The notes beneath the pieces are model-generated. The model was not told the DNA's origin and did not search any database. It was given only the letters and a program-made list of their open reading frames with translations. The translations under genes were made by a program, and so were the position numbers. Of a DNA stretch of 64,000 nucleotides, positions 12,406 to 24,462 are shown in pieces; the first letter of the stretch is position 1; the number at the start of each line of letters is the position of its first letter. The DNA comes from an uncultured Chloroflexia bacterium (GTDB taxonomy: Bacteria > Chloroflexota > Dehalococcoidia > DSTF01 > JACRBR01): NCBI GenBank assembly GCA_963701135.1, contig OY969567.1:2576537-2640536 (forward strand), read 5' to 3'.

Positions 12406-13511
12406 ATGGTCCCCGTAGCACGGCGCAATTTGCTTTCGGAGAAAGGGCGCCTGGCGATCTCCGTCGCGGGCGTCGCGTTCGCCGTACTGCTGACGCTGCT
12501 CGTGCTGAGCCTCTATCGCGGATGGAGCGGCGTCGGCGCGCTGATCACGCGGCTGCCGGGCGACGTCTGGATCGCACAGGAAGGCACGAGCGGACCGTTC
12601 AACTCCAGCTCGTACCTGCCCGCGGACGCCGGCCCGGACCTCGCGGCCATCTCGGGGGTGCAGCTCGTCATGCCCGTGTACGCGCGCGAGATGTCGTTCG
12701 AGCGGGACGGCAAGATGCTGCGGGTCTTCTTCATGGCGCTCGAACCGCCGGCGGACGTGACGCTGCCGCGGGACGTGCGCGAACGCTTCCTCCCGGAGCA
12801 CGGGCGCGTCAACATCGACACCATCTTCGCCGGCGACGCGGGCGTCGGCACGGGCGACACGCTGAGCGTCCTCGGCCGCGACGCTCGACGGTCGCGCGGA
12901 TCACCAGCGGCGGCAACGCGGCGCTCACGCAGTTCGCCTTCCTCAACGCCGCCGACGCGCGCGCCATCTTCGGCGTGCCCGGCGCCGTCAACTTCTATCT
13001 GCTCGCCACCGCGCCCGGCGCCGACGTGCCGGCGGTCGAGGCCGCGGCGACGCGGGCCGTCCCGCGGTCGCAGGCGCGCACGAGCCAACAGTTCGCCGGC
13101 GACATCGCAGAGACGGTGGAGAAGGGCTTTCTTCCGGTCGTCAGCGTGCTCGTCGGCCTGGGGGCCGTCGTCGGCGGCGCCGTGATCGCCTTGACGACGT
13201 ATACCGCCACGATCGAGAAGTCGCGCGACTACGGCGTGCTGAAGGCGCTCGGCGCGTCGGGCATGTATCTGTACCGCATCGTCATCACGCAGAGCCTGAT
13301 CGTCGGCGTGCTCGGCTCGGCGCTGGGCCTGCTCGCGTCGGCGCTGGCGGCGAGCCTCATCAAACGGCAGATCCCGGAGTTCATCACGGACCTGCGCTGG
13401 ACCGACGCCGGCGCCGTCTTTCTCGGCGCGCTGGTGATGGCGATCGCGGCCTCGTACGTGCCGGTGCGGCGCATCAACAGCATCGACCCGGCGATGGTGT
13501 TCAGGGCATGA
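12406..13511 (+). CDS. ABC transporter permease (FtsX-like, MacB/LolE-type), with a frameshift near nt 12890
   Basis: N-terminal TM and periplasmic domain in the 12388 frame. The C-terminal four-TM FtsX domain (YGVLKALGASGMYLYRIVITQSLIVGVLGSALGLL...) is in the 12348 frame. An AGGAG RBS sits upstream of the chosen start. Confidence 0.65.
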
Positions 13512-14248
13512 AGAGCGGCGACCCGATCCTGCGCGTCGAAGGTTTGACGAAGGTGTTCGGCAGCGGTCGCACGCAGGTGCGCGCCGTCGATGGCGTCAAC
13601 CTGCACGCGTGCGCCGGCGAGATCATGCTGATCATGGGGCCGTCCGGGTCGGGCAAGACGACGCTGCTGACGATGATCGGCGGCCTCCTGCGCCCCACGA
13701 GCGGTCACGTCTACATCGAGGACGTCGACATCACGGCGCTGAAGGCCGCCGAGCTGCCGCGGGTGCGCCGGCATCACGTGGGATTCGTCTTCCAGACGTT
13801 CAACCTGCTTGACTCGCTGAGCGCGCTCGAGAACGTCGAAGTAGCGATGAACGTCGCCGGCACGTCGGGCCACGCCGCGCGCGACCGGGCGCGACGCCTG
13901 CTGATCGAGGCGGGGCTGGAAGGACGGCTCGACTTCAAGGCGAAGGACCTGTCGGGTGGCGAGAAGCAGCGCATCTCGATCGCGCGCGCGCTCGCGAATG
14001 AGCCGCGCCTGCTGCTGGCCGACGAGCCGACGGCGAACCTGGACACTCGCCACGGTCACGAGGTGATGCAGCTCCTCCACGACCTGACGAAGAACCAGGG
14101 CCGCACGGCGATCGTCGTATCGCACGACGCGCGCCTGCGCGACATCGCCGACACGGTGCTGTGGCTGCAGGACGGCCGCCTGCGCGCAGTCAGCGAGGGT
14201 GAGACGGACTTCGACCTGGCCGGCATTCCCGGTAGACGGCAATCATAG
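13508..14248 (+). CDS. ABC transporter ATP-binding protein (MacB/LolD-like)
   Basis: Walker A GPSGSGKTT, signature LSGGEKQRISIARAL, Walker B LLLADEPT. Start overlaps the permease stop. Confidence 0.85.
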   Translation: MKSGDPILRVEGLTKVFGSGRTQVRAVDGVNLHACAGEIMLIMGPSGSGKTTLLTMIGGLLRPTSGHVYIEDVDITALKAAELPRVRRHHVGFVFQTFNLLDSLSALENVEVAMNVAGTSGHAARDRARRLLIEAGLEGRLDFKAKDLSGGEKQRISIARALANEPRLLLADEPTANLDTRHGHEVMQLLHDLTKNQGRTAIVVSHDARLRDIADTVLWLQDGRLRAVSEGETDFDLAGIPGRRQS

Positions 14249-14299
14249 GACAGCCGCCGCCCAGCCCTACAACCTACAACCCACAACCCACCACCTCAC

Positions 14300-15241
14300 C
14301 TACAACCCACCACCTGTTCTCCGGATCGCGTTCCTCACGAAGAACCAGAGGTTCGCCGGACGCTCCGCCAGCCGCCGCATCAGGTACGGATACCAGTGGC
14401 TGCCGTACGGCACGTAGACGCGCACCCGGTAGCCGCGGTCGCGCAGCCGCCGCTGCAGGTCGCCGCGGATGCCGTACAGCATCTGGAACTCGATGCGGTC
14501 GTTCGCGACGCCGTGCGCGGCCGCGGCCCGGCGCGCCGCACGCACCATCCGCGCGTCGTGTGTCGCGACGGCGAGCCACGCGCCGTCCGTCATACCCGCG
14601 AGATACGCCTCGGCCAGGCGCGCGTACGCCGCATCGACCTCCGCCTTCGACTGGAACGCCACGCTCTCCGGCTCGCGATACGCGCCCTTCACGAGCCGCA
14701 CCGGCACGCCCTCGCGGGCAAGCGCTTCGAGGTCCTCGGCGCTCCGGCGCAGCGCCGCCTGGATCACGACGCCGGCGTTCGCGTGCGACGCGCGCGCTTC
14801 GCGGACGAGGTCGAGCGTCGCCTGCGTGTAGCGCGAGTCCTCCATGTCGATGCGCACGAACGTGCCGGCGGCGTCCGCGCACGCCAGCACCGCATCAAGC
14901 GAGCGGCGTGCCAGGCCCCGATCGAACGCCAGCCCCAGCTCGGTGAGCTTGATCGAAAGATGGCTCCTCAGCCCCTGCGCCTTGACGGCCCCAGCGAACG
15001 ACGTGAACTCCTTGACGGCGCCCGCCACCTCGTCCTCGCTCGTCACCGCTTCGCCGAGAAATGACACCGTCGCCTCGAAGCCGGCGGCGTTGAGCCGGCG
15101 CACCACGTCAAGAACGTCGCGCTGATCGTTGCCGGCGACGAAGCGCCGCGAGAAGCCGCGGAACCCCGGCACGTTCGACGCGATGTGCTCGCCCGTGCGG
15201 CTGCGTGACAGCGCGAAGATCAACTGCCGCAACATGCGCAT
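14300..15241 (-). CDS. Proline dehydrogenase (monofunctional PutA-like)
   Basis: 313 aa. ProDH family motifs: RIDMEDSRYT, VRLVKGAY, IEFQMLYGIRGDLQRRLRDRGYRVRVYVPYG. Confidence 0.75.
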   Translation of the reverse strand: MRMLRQLIFALSRSRTGEHIASNVPGFRGFSRRFVAGNDQRDVLDVVRRLNAAGFEATVSFLGEAVTSEDEVAGAVKEFTSFAGAVKAQGLRSHLSIKLTELGLAFDRGLARRSLDAVLACADAAGTFVRIDMEDSRYTQATLDLVREARASHANAGVVIQAALRRSAEDLEALAREGVPVRLVKGAYREPESVAFQSKAEVDAAYARLAEAYLAGMTDGAWLAVATHDARMVRAARRAAAAHGVANDRIEFQMLYGIRGDLQRRLRDRGYRVRVYVPYGSHWYPYLMRRLAERPANLWFFVRNAIRRTGGGL

Positions 15242-15364
15242 AGCCTACCGCGCGGAGGCCCGGCGGTGCGCCGTCAAGCATCGCCGCCGGACGTTGACAC
15301 GCCCCCGCGCCAACTTGACGATCGCCGCTCGACGGACGCCCTCGCCCGCCGTACGCTCGTCCGT

Positions 15365-16129
15365 ATGAAGATCACCGTCGCGCTCACGCCGCGCCTGTTG
15401 CGCGAGCCGCGCCAGCACGCCGTCGCCGTCGTCGACGTGTTGCGCGCGACGACGTCGATCATCACGATGCTCGAAGGCGGCCTGCTGCGCGCGATCGTCA
15501 GCGACAACCTGCAGCAGGCGCGCAAGCTCGCACTCAACAACTTCTCGCTGCTCTGCGGCGAAATCCGCTCCGTGCCGCCGGCCGGCTTCGACTACGGCAA
15601 CTCGCCCGCGGAGTTCGCCGGCCTCTCGTTCAAGGGCAAGTCGGCGGTGATGTTCACCACGAACGGCACGCGCGCCCTCGCGGCCGCCGCCGAGGCGCCG
15701 GTCGTGCTCGCGGCCGCTCTCACGAACCGGCGCGCCGCCGCGCAGCGCCTCGTTGACGAGGCCGTGCGCCGCAAGCTCGATGCCGCGGTCGTCTGCGCGG
15801 GCGTCGAGCGCGGCACCGCGTTCAGCCTGGAAGACACCGCCGCCGCCGGCGCGATCGTCGAAGCGGCGCGTGAGTACGACGCCGCGATCGCGCTGACCGA
15901 TGAGGCGTGGGCCGCGCTCCACCTCTGGCGCTGGTATCGCGGCGACGCGATGCGCATGTTCCGCCAGTCCGCGCACGGCCGCGCCCTGCGGGAGATGGGC
16001 TTCGACGGCGACCTCGAGTACGCCGCGCAGCTCAACGTCTTCGACAGCGTGCCGATGCTCTACGACGACCGCGGCGTCAAGGTGCTGCGCACGCGCCTGC
16101 CCCGTTCGAAACAGCGCGCCGCCAACTGA
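15365..16129 (+). CDS. 2-phosphosulfolactate phosphatase family protein (ComB-like)
   Basis: VVDVLRATTSIITML and FDYGNSPAEF motifs. Internal Met start MKITVALTP. Confidence 0.65.
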   Translation: MKITVALTPRLLREPRQHAVAVVDVLRATTSIITMLEGGLLRAIVSDNLQQARKLALNNFSLLCGEIRSVPPAGFDYGNSPAEFAGLSFKGKSAVMFTTNGTRALAAAAEAPVVLAAALTNRRAAAQRLVDEAVRRKLDAAVVCAGVERGTAFSLEDTAAAGAIVEAAREYDAAIALTDEAWAALHLWRWYRGDAMRMFRQSAHGRALREMGFDGDLEYAAQLNVFDSVPMLYDDRGVKVLRTRLPRSKQRAAN

Positions 16130-16186
16130 CGCCGACCTGAGCCACTCGGCGTCGTCGTCCTTGCTGTTTGCTGTTTGCTGTTTGCT

Positions 16187-16206
16187 GTCGCTCCGGCCGA
16201 AGGCCG
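16187..16206. terminator. Hairpin CTCCGGCC-GAAG-GCCGGAG between the convergent comB-like and proA genes, flanked by CTGTTTG and CCTACAA repeats
   Basis: 8-bp perfect stem with a 4-nt loop, located between two convergent stop codons. Confidence 0.45.
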
Positions 16207-16259
16207 GAGGTGAGGTCGCCGCGCAGCGGCCCTACAACCTACCCCCTACCACCTACAAC

Positions 16260-17531
16260 CTACGCGGGCCGCACCTGGCCGGTGCCGAAGACGATCCACT
16301 TGTACGTGCAGATCTCCCGCACGCCGACGGGGCCGCGCGCGTGGAACTTCTGCGTCGCGTCGATGATCTCGGCGCCCATGCCGAACTGCGCGCCGTCCGT
16401 GAACTGCGTGCTCGCGTTCACGTAGCAGACGGCGGTGTCGACCTCGCGCAAGAAGCGCATGGCCGTCGTGTAGTCCTCGGTCACGATCGCGTCGGAGTGG
16501 CCGCTGCTGTAGCGGTAGATGAAGTCGACCGCATCGTCGTACGAATCGACGACCTTCACGGACGCAATGAGCGCGAGAAACTCCTTGCCGTAGTCCGCGT
16601 CCGTCGCGCGCGTCACCCCCGGCCGGCCCTCGAGCGCCGCGTACGAGCGCTCGTCGCACCGCAGTTCGACGCCCTTCTCCGCGAGCGCGGCCGCAACGTC
16701 CGGCAGGAAGCGCCCCGCCACGCCGGCGTGCACGACGATCGTGTCGAGCGCGTTGCAGATGCTGTACCGCCGCGTCTTGGCGTTGACGACGATGTCGCGC
16801 GCCTTCGCCAGGTCGGCGTCGCGGTCGACGTACGTGTGGCAGACGCCGATGCCGCCGATCAGCACCGGCATCGCCGCGTTCTTCTCGACGAAGCGGATCA
16901 GCTCTTCGCCCCCACGCGGCACCACCAGGTCGATGTACTCCTTCATCTGGAGCATCTCACCGACGATCGCCCGGTCGCTGGACTCGATGATCCGCACCGC
17001 CCCCTCCGGCACGCCGGCGGCCGTCAGGGCGGCGTCGATCACGCGCCCCAGCACGATATTCGACTGCAGCGCCTCTTTCCCGCCGCGGAGGATCGTCGCG
17101 CTCCCCGCCTTCAGGCAGAGCGACGCGATGTCCACCGTCACGTTCGGGCGGTTCTCGTAGATCGCGCCGATGACGCCGAACGGCACGCGCATCTTGCCGG
17201 CCATCATCCCGTTCGGCAGCGTGCGCATCTCGATCATCTCGCCCACCGGGTCCGGCAGCAGCGCCACTGCCCGCACGTCGTTCGCGATGCCGGCGAGGCG
17301 CTCCTCGGTGAGCGTCAGGCGGTCGAGGACGGCCGGCGTCAGGCCATCGGCGCGCCCGCGGTCGAGATCGCGCGCGTTCGCTGCCAGGATCTCCCCCGCG
17401 TGCGCGCTCAGTGCATCGGCCAGGCCGTTGAGTGCGGCGTTCTTGACTTGCGCCGACAGCGTCGCGAGCCGGCGGGCGGCCTGCTTCGCTTCACGCGCCT
17501 TCTGCTCGATTTCGGAGACTGTCGTCGTCAT
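16260..17531 (-). CDS. proA: Gamma-glutamyl phosphate reductase
   Basis: 423 aa with full-length similarity to ProA (VPRGGEELIRFV, CNALDTIVVH, YSSGHSDAIVTED). Confidence 0.85.
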   Translation of the reverse strand: MTTTVSEIEQKAREAKQAARRLATLSAQVKNAALNGLADALSAHAGEILAANARDLDRGRADGLTPAVLDRLTLTEERLAGIANDVRAVALLPDPVGEMIEMRTLPNGMMAGKMRVPFGVIGAIYENRPNVTVDIASLCLKAGSATILRGGKEALQSNIVLGRVIDAALTAAGVPEGAVRIIESSDRAIVGEMLQMKEYIDLVVPRGGEELIRFVEKNAAMPVLIGGIGVCHTYVDRDADLAKARDIVVNAKTRRYSICNALDTIVVHAGVAGRFLPDVAAALAEKGVELRCDERSYAALEGRPGVTRATDADYGKEFLALIASVKVVDSYDDAVDFIYRYSSGHSDAIVTEDYTTAMRFLREVDTAVCYVNASTQFTDGAQFGMGAEIIDATQKFHARGPVGVREICTYKWIVFGTGQVRPA

Positions 17532-17766
17532 GGCGATGTCCTCGGCGAACGCAGCTTTGCGGGGTGCGACCAGTGTAACAGAGCGCCCCTGCGCCTCAGA
17601 GTGCGCTCACAGCCGCGAGACCTGCGAGTTGGAGGCGTATGGCCGCTGCGGCAAGGAGAAAAAGCAGGTAGCATTGCCCAATATTTGCCGTATACAATAG
17701 CGTCGCGTGCTGAAGCGTGATTCTGACGTTGCACTTCAGCGGTCGCACAGGCCGTCGCCCCGGCGC

Positions 17767-17851
17767 GGGGAAGTGTCGGAATTGGCAGACGAGCGTGACT
17801 TAGGATCACGTGCCGCAAGGCGTAGGAGTTCGAGTCTCCTCTTCCCCACCA
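17767..17851 (+). tRNA. tRNA-Leu (anticodon TAG), class II with long variable arm
   Basis: Acceptor GGGGAAG/CTTCCCC, anticodon stem CGTGA/TCACG with loop CTTAGGA, variable arm TGCCGCAAGGCGT, T-arm AGGAG-TTCGAGT-CTCCT, discriminator A, encoded CCA. Confidence 0.8.
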
Positions 17852-18012
17852 GACACGCCTCGGCGGCGGGGATTCGCGGGCGCCCGCCGCCGCACCGGCC
17901 GCCCCATAGCGCGGCCCGTCCGCGATCAATACGTGCGCACAACGCCGGGAACCGCCAGGTGCCCGGCTTCGTATCGGCTGGTATAGGGCTGGCCGTACGC
18001 GAGGGAGGCCAG

Positions 18013-20052
<2,040 letters not shown>

Positions 20053-20093
20053 CCGGCTGCGCCGGCCAGACGCGGAGAACAGAGAACAGACAA

Positions 20094-20125
20094 CAGAGCC
20101 CTCGATTGAGGGCTCTGTGCGTTTC
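20094..20125 (+). terminator. Rho-independent-type terminator after the oppF-type gene
   Basis: CAGAGCCC-TCGATTGA-GGGCTCTG hairpin followed by TGCGTTTCC. Confidence 0.55.
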
Positions 20126-20196
20126 CCGGGGCAGCGCGCTGTGAGAGATCGACCGCGTGATCCTCGGCACGCCCGTTCGCCCAGCGGGCATTGCTG

Positions 20197-20997
20197 CTAC
20201 CTGTCGAGCCCGCGAGTGTAGTGGCGGACGACCAGGATCGGCCGGAACCCCAGCGCGGCGTACATGCGCATCGGCGTGTCGCTCGGGTCGGCGCTGATGA
20301 TCACCGGACCGGCGCCGCAGGCGCGGGCGTCGGCAACGCCGTGCGCGATGAGCGCCGTGGCAATGCCGCGATGGCGGTGGTCCGGGTGGGTGAACAGGTC
20401 CTCGACCACGCCGACGCCGTCCACGCCGGGCCATGACCAGGCGTACGCGACGGGCCTGCCATCGACGTACGCCATCCAGTGCGCGATGTCGTTGGACGTC
20501 GTGCGCCGCAGAGCAGCGAACGCGGCAGGGATGGACGGATCAGGCATGCGGCCGAGGCGCTCGCACCTCTCGACCCAGTCCATCTCGTGCAGCACGCCGG
20601 ACGACGCCCACTGCTTCTCCGTTTCGACGCGCCGGATGTCGCACGGCCTCGGCTGCGCCCGCAATTCGCCTTCGAGGGCCAGCTCCAGATCCTCCTCGCT
20701 CGCGTAGCCCTCCAGTACGAGGCGTGCGACGAACGCGGGCGGCGTCCACGGGTCGATGTCGAAACGGCGGTGGCGGAAGTGCGCGTACTCCTGCTCGACG
20801 CGCGCGAGCAGGCGCTCGATGTCGGATGCTGACTCGCAGCGGACGTGCGTGACGTGGTTCGCGTCGTAGATGTTCGGCAGCTCGCGGTTGCGTACGAAGC
20901 GGGCGCCGTCCGCTTCGTACGCCTCGTTGCCCAGCTCGAGGTTGCCGGTGACGGCGGCGTAGACGCGCCGGGCGAGGTCCGTCTCGTGCGTTGCCAA
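20197..20997 (-). CDS. GNAT family N-acetyltransferase
   Basis: GNAT motif (HPDHRHRGIATALIAHGVADARACGAG). Probable TTG start with GGAGGA RBS at 20997. The longest-ORF alternative reaches 21057. Confidence 0.55.
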   Translation of the reverse strand: MATHETDLARRVYAAVTGNLELGNEAYEADGARFVRNRELPNIYDANHVTHVRCESASDIERLLARVEQEYAHFRHRRFDIDPWTPPAFVARLVLEGYASEEDLELALEGELRAQPRPCDIRRVETEKQWASSGVLHEMDWVERCERLGRMPDPSIPAAFAALRRTTSNDIAHWMAYVDGRPVAYAWSWPGVDGVGVVEDLFTHPDHRHRGIATALIAHGVADARACGAGPVIISADPSDTPMRMYAALGFRPILVVRHYTRGLDR

Positions 20998-21123
20998 TTG
21001 GATTCCTCCGCGATGCCTGATGGTATGCGTTGCCAGTTGACGACGAAAGGCGACCAAGCAGGTATTCCCTAACCCCGCAGGTCAGTAGAATCCGGGCAGT
21101 CCGGAACAGAAAGGAATCGCCGC

Positions 21124-22077
21124 ATGGCCACGATCAACACCGTCACCGGCCCCATCGACATCGCCGAGCTCGGCTTCACGCTCATGCACGAGCACATCTT
21201 CGTCCTGTCCGAGGGCGTCAACGCCAACTTCCCCCACCTCTGGGACCGCAACGGCCGCGCCGCGCAGGCCGTCGCCAGCCTCAAGGAGGCGAAGGCGCAC
21301 GGGGTCTCGACGCTCGTCAACCTCACGGTGCTCGGCCTCGGCCGCGACGTCGCGCTCGTCCGCGAGATCGCCCGCGAGGCCCGCATCAACGTGATCGTCG
21401 CCACCGGCCTCTACACCTACGACGAGTTGCCGCACTACTTCGCGTCGCGGAGCGAAGACCACATGGCCGACTGCTTCGTGCGCGACATCGAGCAGGGGAT
21501 CCAGGGCACGGACATCCGCGCCGCCATCCTCAAGTGCGCGACCGACGAGAAGGGCCTCACGCCCGGCGTCGAAAAGGTGCTCCGCGCCGTCGCCCGCGCG
21601 CATCGCCGCACCGGCGTCCCGATCTCGACGCACACGCACGCGGCCACCAAGCAGGGCCTCAACCAGCAGCGCATCTTCACGGAAGAAGGCGTCGACCTGC
21701 GCCGCGTCGTCATCGGCCACAGCGGCGACAGCGAGGACGCCGGCTACCTGGAGACGCTGATCAAGGCGGGCTCGTACGTCGGCATGGACCGCTTCGGCAT
21801 CGACTCGTTCCTTCCGACCGACAAACGCGTCGCCACCATCGCGAAGCTGTGCGAGCGCGGCCACGCCGGCAGCATGGTGCTGGCGCACGACGCCTCCTGC
21901 TACATCGACTGGTTCGAGGAGGCGCTGGTGCACGCGGCGATGCCGCGCTGGCACTACCTGCACATCCCGGACGACGTCCTGCCGGCGCTCCGCCAGGCCG
22001 GCGTCAGCGACGAGCAGGTCCGCCAGATGACCGTCGACAACCCGCGCCGCATCTTCGAGGCCCAGGGTGCCTACTAG
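21124..22077 (+). CDS. Phosphotriesterase-family (PTE/aryldialkylphosphatase-related) metal-dependent hydrolase
   Basis: GFTLMHEHI start of the amidohydrolase TIM barrel, ISTHTHA and HD metal ligands. 317 aa. Confidence 0.75.
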   Translation: MATINTVTGPIDIAELGFTLMHEHIFVLSEGVNANFPHLWDRNGRAAQAVASLKEAKAHGVSTLVNLTVLGLGRDVALVREIAREARINVIVATGLYTYDELPHYFASRSEDHMADCFVRDIEQGIQGTDIRAAILKCATDEKGLTPGVEKVLRAVARAHRRTGVPISTHTHAATKQGLNQQRIFTEEGVDLRRVVIGHSGDSEDAGYLETLIKAGSYVGMDRFGIDSFLPTDKRVATIAKLCERGHAGSMVLAHDASCYIDWFEEALVHAAMPRWHYLHIPDDVLPALRQAGVSDEQVRQMTVDNPRRIFEAQGAY

Positions 22078-22154
22078 TGTAGTGCTTCTAACGCTTCTTT
22101 AACGTGGGCGCGGTGGCGCACGCGTCCGAGATCCTCAGACGAGCCGCTGTACCA

Positions 22155-22245
22155 CGTCGGTCCGGCTTCGCCGGACGCACAGCCGGGGCGGCTATGCTCC
22201 ACGCTTCGCGTCTCGCAAACAAACGACTGTTCGGAATCACTACAC
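22155..22245. repeat. Partial copy of the MITE-like repeat family (palindromic core ACAGCCGGGG(G)CGGCT)
   Basis: GTCGGTCCGGCTTCGCCGGACGCACAGCCGGGGCGGCTATGCTCCACGCTTCGCGTCTCG matches the left terminal inverted repeat of the 36047-36282 element and the reverse complement of the 26775-27150 units. Confidence 0.7.
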
Positions 22246-22493
22246 TAGCCTCCTTCGTCCCCCGTTGCTCCTGCTCCGAAGCGGCGTACGGGCGCGGCCG
22301 TCTCGAAGCGAGGCGCGCCGCGTGTGGGGTAGCTGCCTCCGGCTGCCCATCCGGCGGTCGCAGAGCCGCCGCAGGAGACAGCCGGATCACGCCCACCCAC
22401 CTGCCGGCCGCCGGCGCCCGTCGCGTGCGCCTCCCCGCGGCCGCCTCGTGAGCAGCTGCCAATCGGCGACATCTGGGCAATCCGCAGATGGCC

Positions 22494-22629
22494 GCCTCCA
22501 ACCTCCAACCTCCAACCTCCAACCTCCAACCTCCAACCTCCAACCTCCAACCTCCAACCTCCAACCTCCAACCTCCAACCTCTAACCTCTAACCTCCAAC
22601 CTCCAACCTCCAACCTCCAACCTCCAACC
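22494..22629. repeat. Heptanucleotide microsatellite (CCTCCAA)n, about 19 units (the other strand reads GGAGGTT)
   Basis: Direct reading. Two units are CCTCTAA variants. Located upstream of rny. Confidence 0.9.
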
Positions 22630-22747
22630 CCGTTTCCTTGACCGCCGGATCGGGCGCTGCGTATGATGGCCTCGTAGCTCGATCTGTCACGAATCGTTAA
22701 CGAGTTACGTTCGAGGGAGACTAAACAACCGGAAAGAGAGGCTACCA

Positions 22748-24280
22748 ATGTTCGCCATCCTGGGCGCCGTGATCGGCGTCGTTGTAGGATTGGCGATCGG
22801 GGCTCTTCTCGGCTACGCCATCAGGCGCAGCAGAACCAGGGACCAGGAGCTACTGGCGGAACAGGCTGCCGCCCGCCTCCTGGCCGATGCACAGGCAAAG
22901 GAAAAGGAGATCCTCCTCGGTGCCAAAGAGGAGGCAATTCAGGTCCGAGCTCAGGCCGAACAAGAGGTCAAGACACGCCGGGACGAAGTCCTCCGGCTTG
23001 AGCAGCGTGTTGCTAACAGGGAAGAGAATCTCGATCGCAAGATAGAGTCGCTCGAACGCAAGGAAGCGGCCTTCACCGAGAAGGAACAGCAGCAGGAAGC
23101 GACCCGCGCAGAGCTCGAAGAACTCCGCAAGGCCAAACTCGCCGAGGTCGAACGCGTCTCCGGCATGACCAGCCAGGAGGCGAAAGACCTGCTGCTCCGC
23201 GAACTGGAGCAGGAGATCCGCGACGAGGCCAACCGCATCGTCCGTACGCTCGAGGCCGAGGCGAAGGAGGAGGCCGACCGCCGCTCGCGGTCGATCCTGG
23301 CCACCACCATGCAGCGGCTCATGGCCGATGTCGTCACCGAGACCACGGTGTCCGTCGTGCCGATCCCCAGCGACGACATGAAGGGCCGCATCATCGGCCG
23401 CGAGGGCCGCAACATCCGCGCGCTGGAGACGGCGACGGGCGTCGACCTGATCATCGATGACACGCCCGACGCCGTCACGCTGTCCGCCTTCGACCCCGTC
23501 CGGCGCGAGATCGCCCGCGTGGCGCTCACGAAGCTCGTGCTCGACGGCCGCATCCACCCGACGCGCATCGAGGAGGTCGTCGAGAAGGCGCGGCACGAGG
23601 TCGACGCCAGCATCAAGACGGCGGGCGAGCAGGCGGCCATCGAGGCCGGCTGTCCGGGCTTGCACCCGGAGATCCTCCGCACCATGGGGAGGCTCAAGTA
23701 CCGCACGTCGTACGGCCAGAACCAGCTCAAGCACGCCGTCGAGTCCGCCTTCATCGCCGCGATGATCGCCGACGAGATCGGCGCCGACGTCAACGTCTGC
23801 CGCCGCGGCGCGCTGCTCCACGACCTCGGCAAGGCCATCGACCACGAGATCGAGGGCACGCACGCGGCGCTCGGCGCCGAGCTGGCGAAGCGCTACAACG
23901 TCACCCCCGCCGTGGTTCACTGCATCGAAGCGCACCACGAGGAGATCGAGGTCGAGACGACCGAGGCCGTGATCGTGCAGATCGCCGACGCGATCAGCGG
24001 CAGCCGGCCCGGCGCCCGCCGCGAGACGCTGGAGCTGTACATCAAGCGCCTGGAAGCGCTCGAAAGCATCGCCAACAGCTTCAAGGGCGTCGAGAAGTCG
24101 TTCGCCATCCAGGCCGGGCGCGAGATCCGCATCATCGTCAAGCCGGACGAGATCGACGACCTGGACTCCATGCGGCTGGCCCGCGACGTCAGCAAGAAGA
24201 TCGAGGAGTCGCTCGAATACCCGGGCCAGATCAAGGTCACCGTCGTCCGCGAGACGCGCGCGAGCGAGTACGCCCGCTAG
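22748..24280 (+). CDS. rny: Ribonuclease Y
   Basis: N-terminal TM helix, coiled coil, KH domain (KGRIIGREGRNIRALE) and HD domain (HAVESAFIAAMIADEIG...LLHDLGKA). 510 aa. Confidence 0.9.
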   Translation: MFAILGAVIGVVVGLAIGALLGYAIRRSRTRDQELLAEQAAARLLADAQAKEKEILLGAKEEAIQVRAQAEQEVKTRRDEVLRLEQRVANREENLDRKIESLERKEAAFTEKEQQQEATRAELEELRKAKLAEVERVSGMTSQEAKDLLLRELEQEIRDEANRIVRTLEAEAKEEADRRSRSILATTMQRLMADVVTETTVSVVPIPSDDMKGRIIGREGRNIRALETATGVDLIIDDTPDAVTLSAFDPVRREIARVALTKLVLDGRIHPTRIEEVVEKARHEVDASIKTAGEQAAIEAGCPGLHPEILRTMGRLKYRTSYGQNQLKHAVESAFIAAMIADEIGADVNVCRRGALLHDLGKAIDHEIEGTHAALGAELAKRYNVTPAVVHCIEAHHEEIEVETTEAVIVQIADAISGSRPGARRETLELYIKRLEALESIANSFKGVEKSFAIQAGREIRIIVKPDEIDDLDSMRLARDVSKKIEESLEYPGQIKVTVVRETRASEYAR

Positions 24281-24462
24281 GTCGTACGTCGCAGGTGGTA
24301 GGTTGCAGAGGGCGCGCGCCGCGAGGTGCGCGCCCTCTCGCGCGTGACAGCAAACGGCAAACAGCAAAGCGGGTTCGGGTTTCACGCCGCCCGCCTCTCT
24401 CGTCGCGCTTCTCGCTTCCCTCGCCGGTCTCGCCTCCCGCCGTCGCCCCCGTATACTGACGC

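Noticed and set aside
17700-17900. Integrase or prophage adjacent to tRNA-Leu
   Set aside because: No integrase, excisionase or phage-like ORFs flank the tRNA. The downstream genes are ordinary ABC ATPases.
22088-22748. ORFs encoding GGWRLEV/PPTSNLQ-type repeats (22088-22564 -, 22245-22748 -, 22265-22585 +, 22387-22578 -), and the similar ORFs at 41564-41923 and 41474-41929
   Set aside because: They are translations of the (CCTCCAA)n / (GGAGGTT)n heptamer microsatellite in various frames. Heptamer periodicity and low complexity make them non-coding artefacts.
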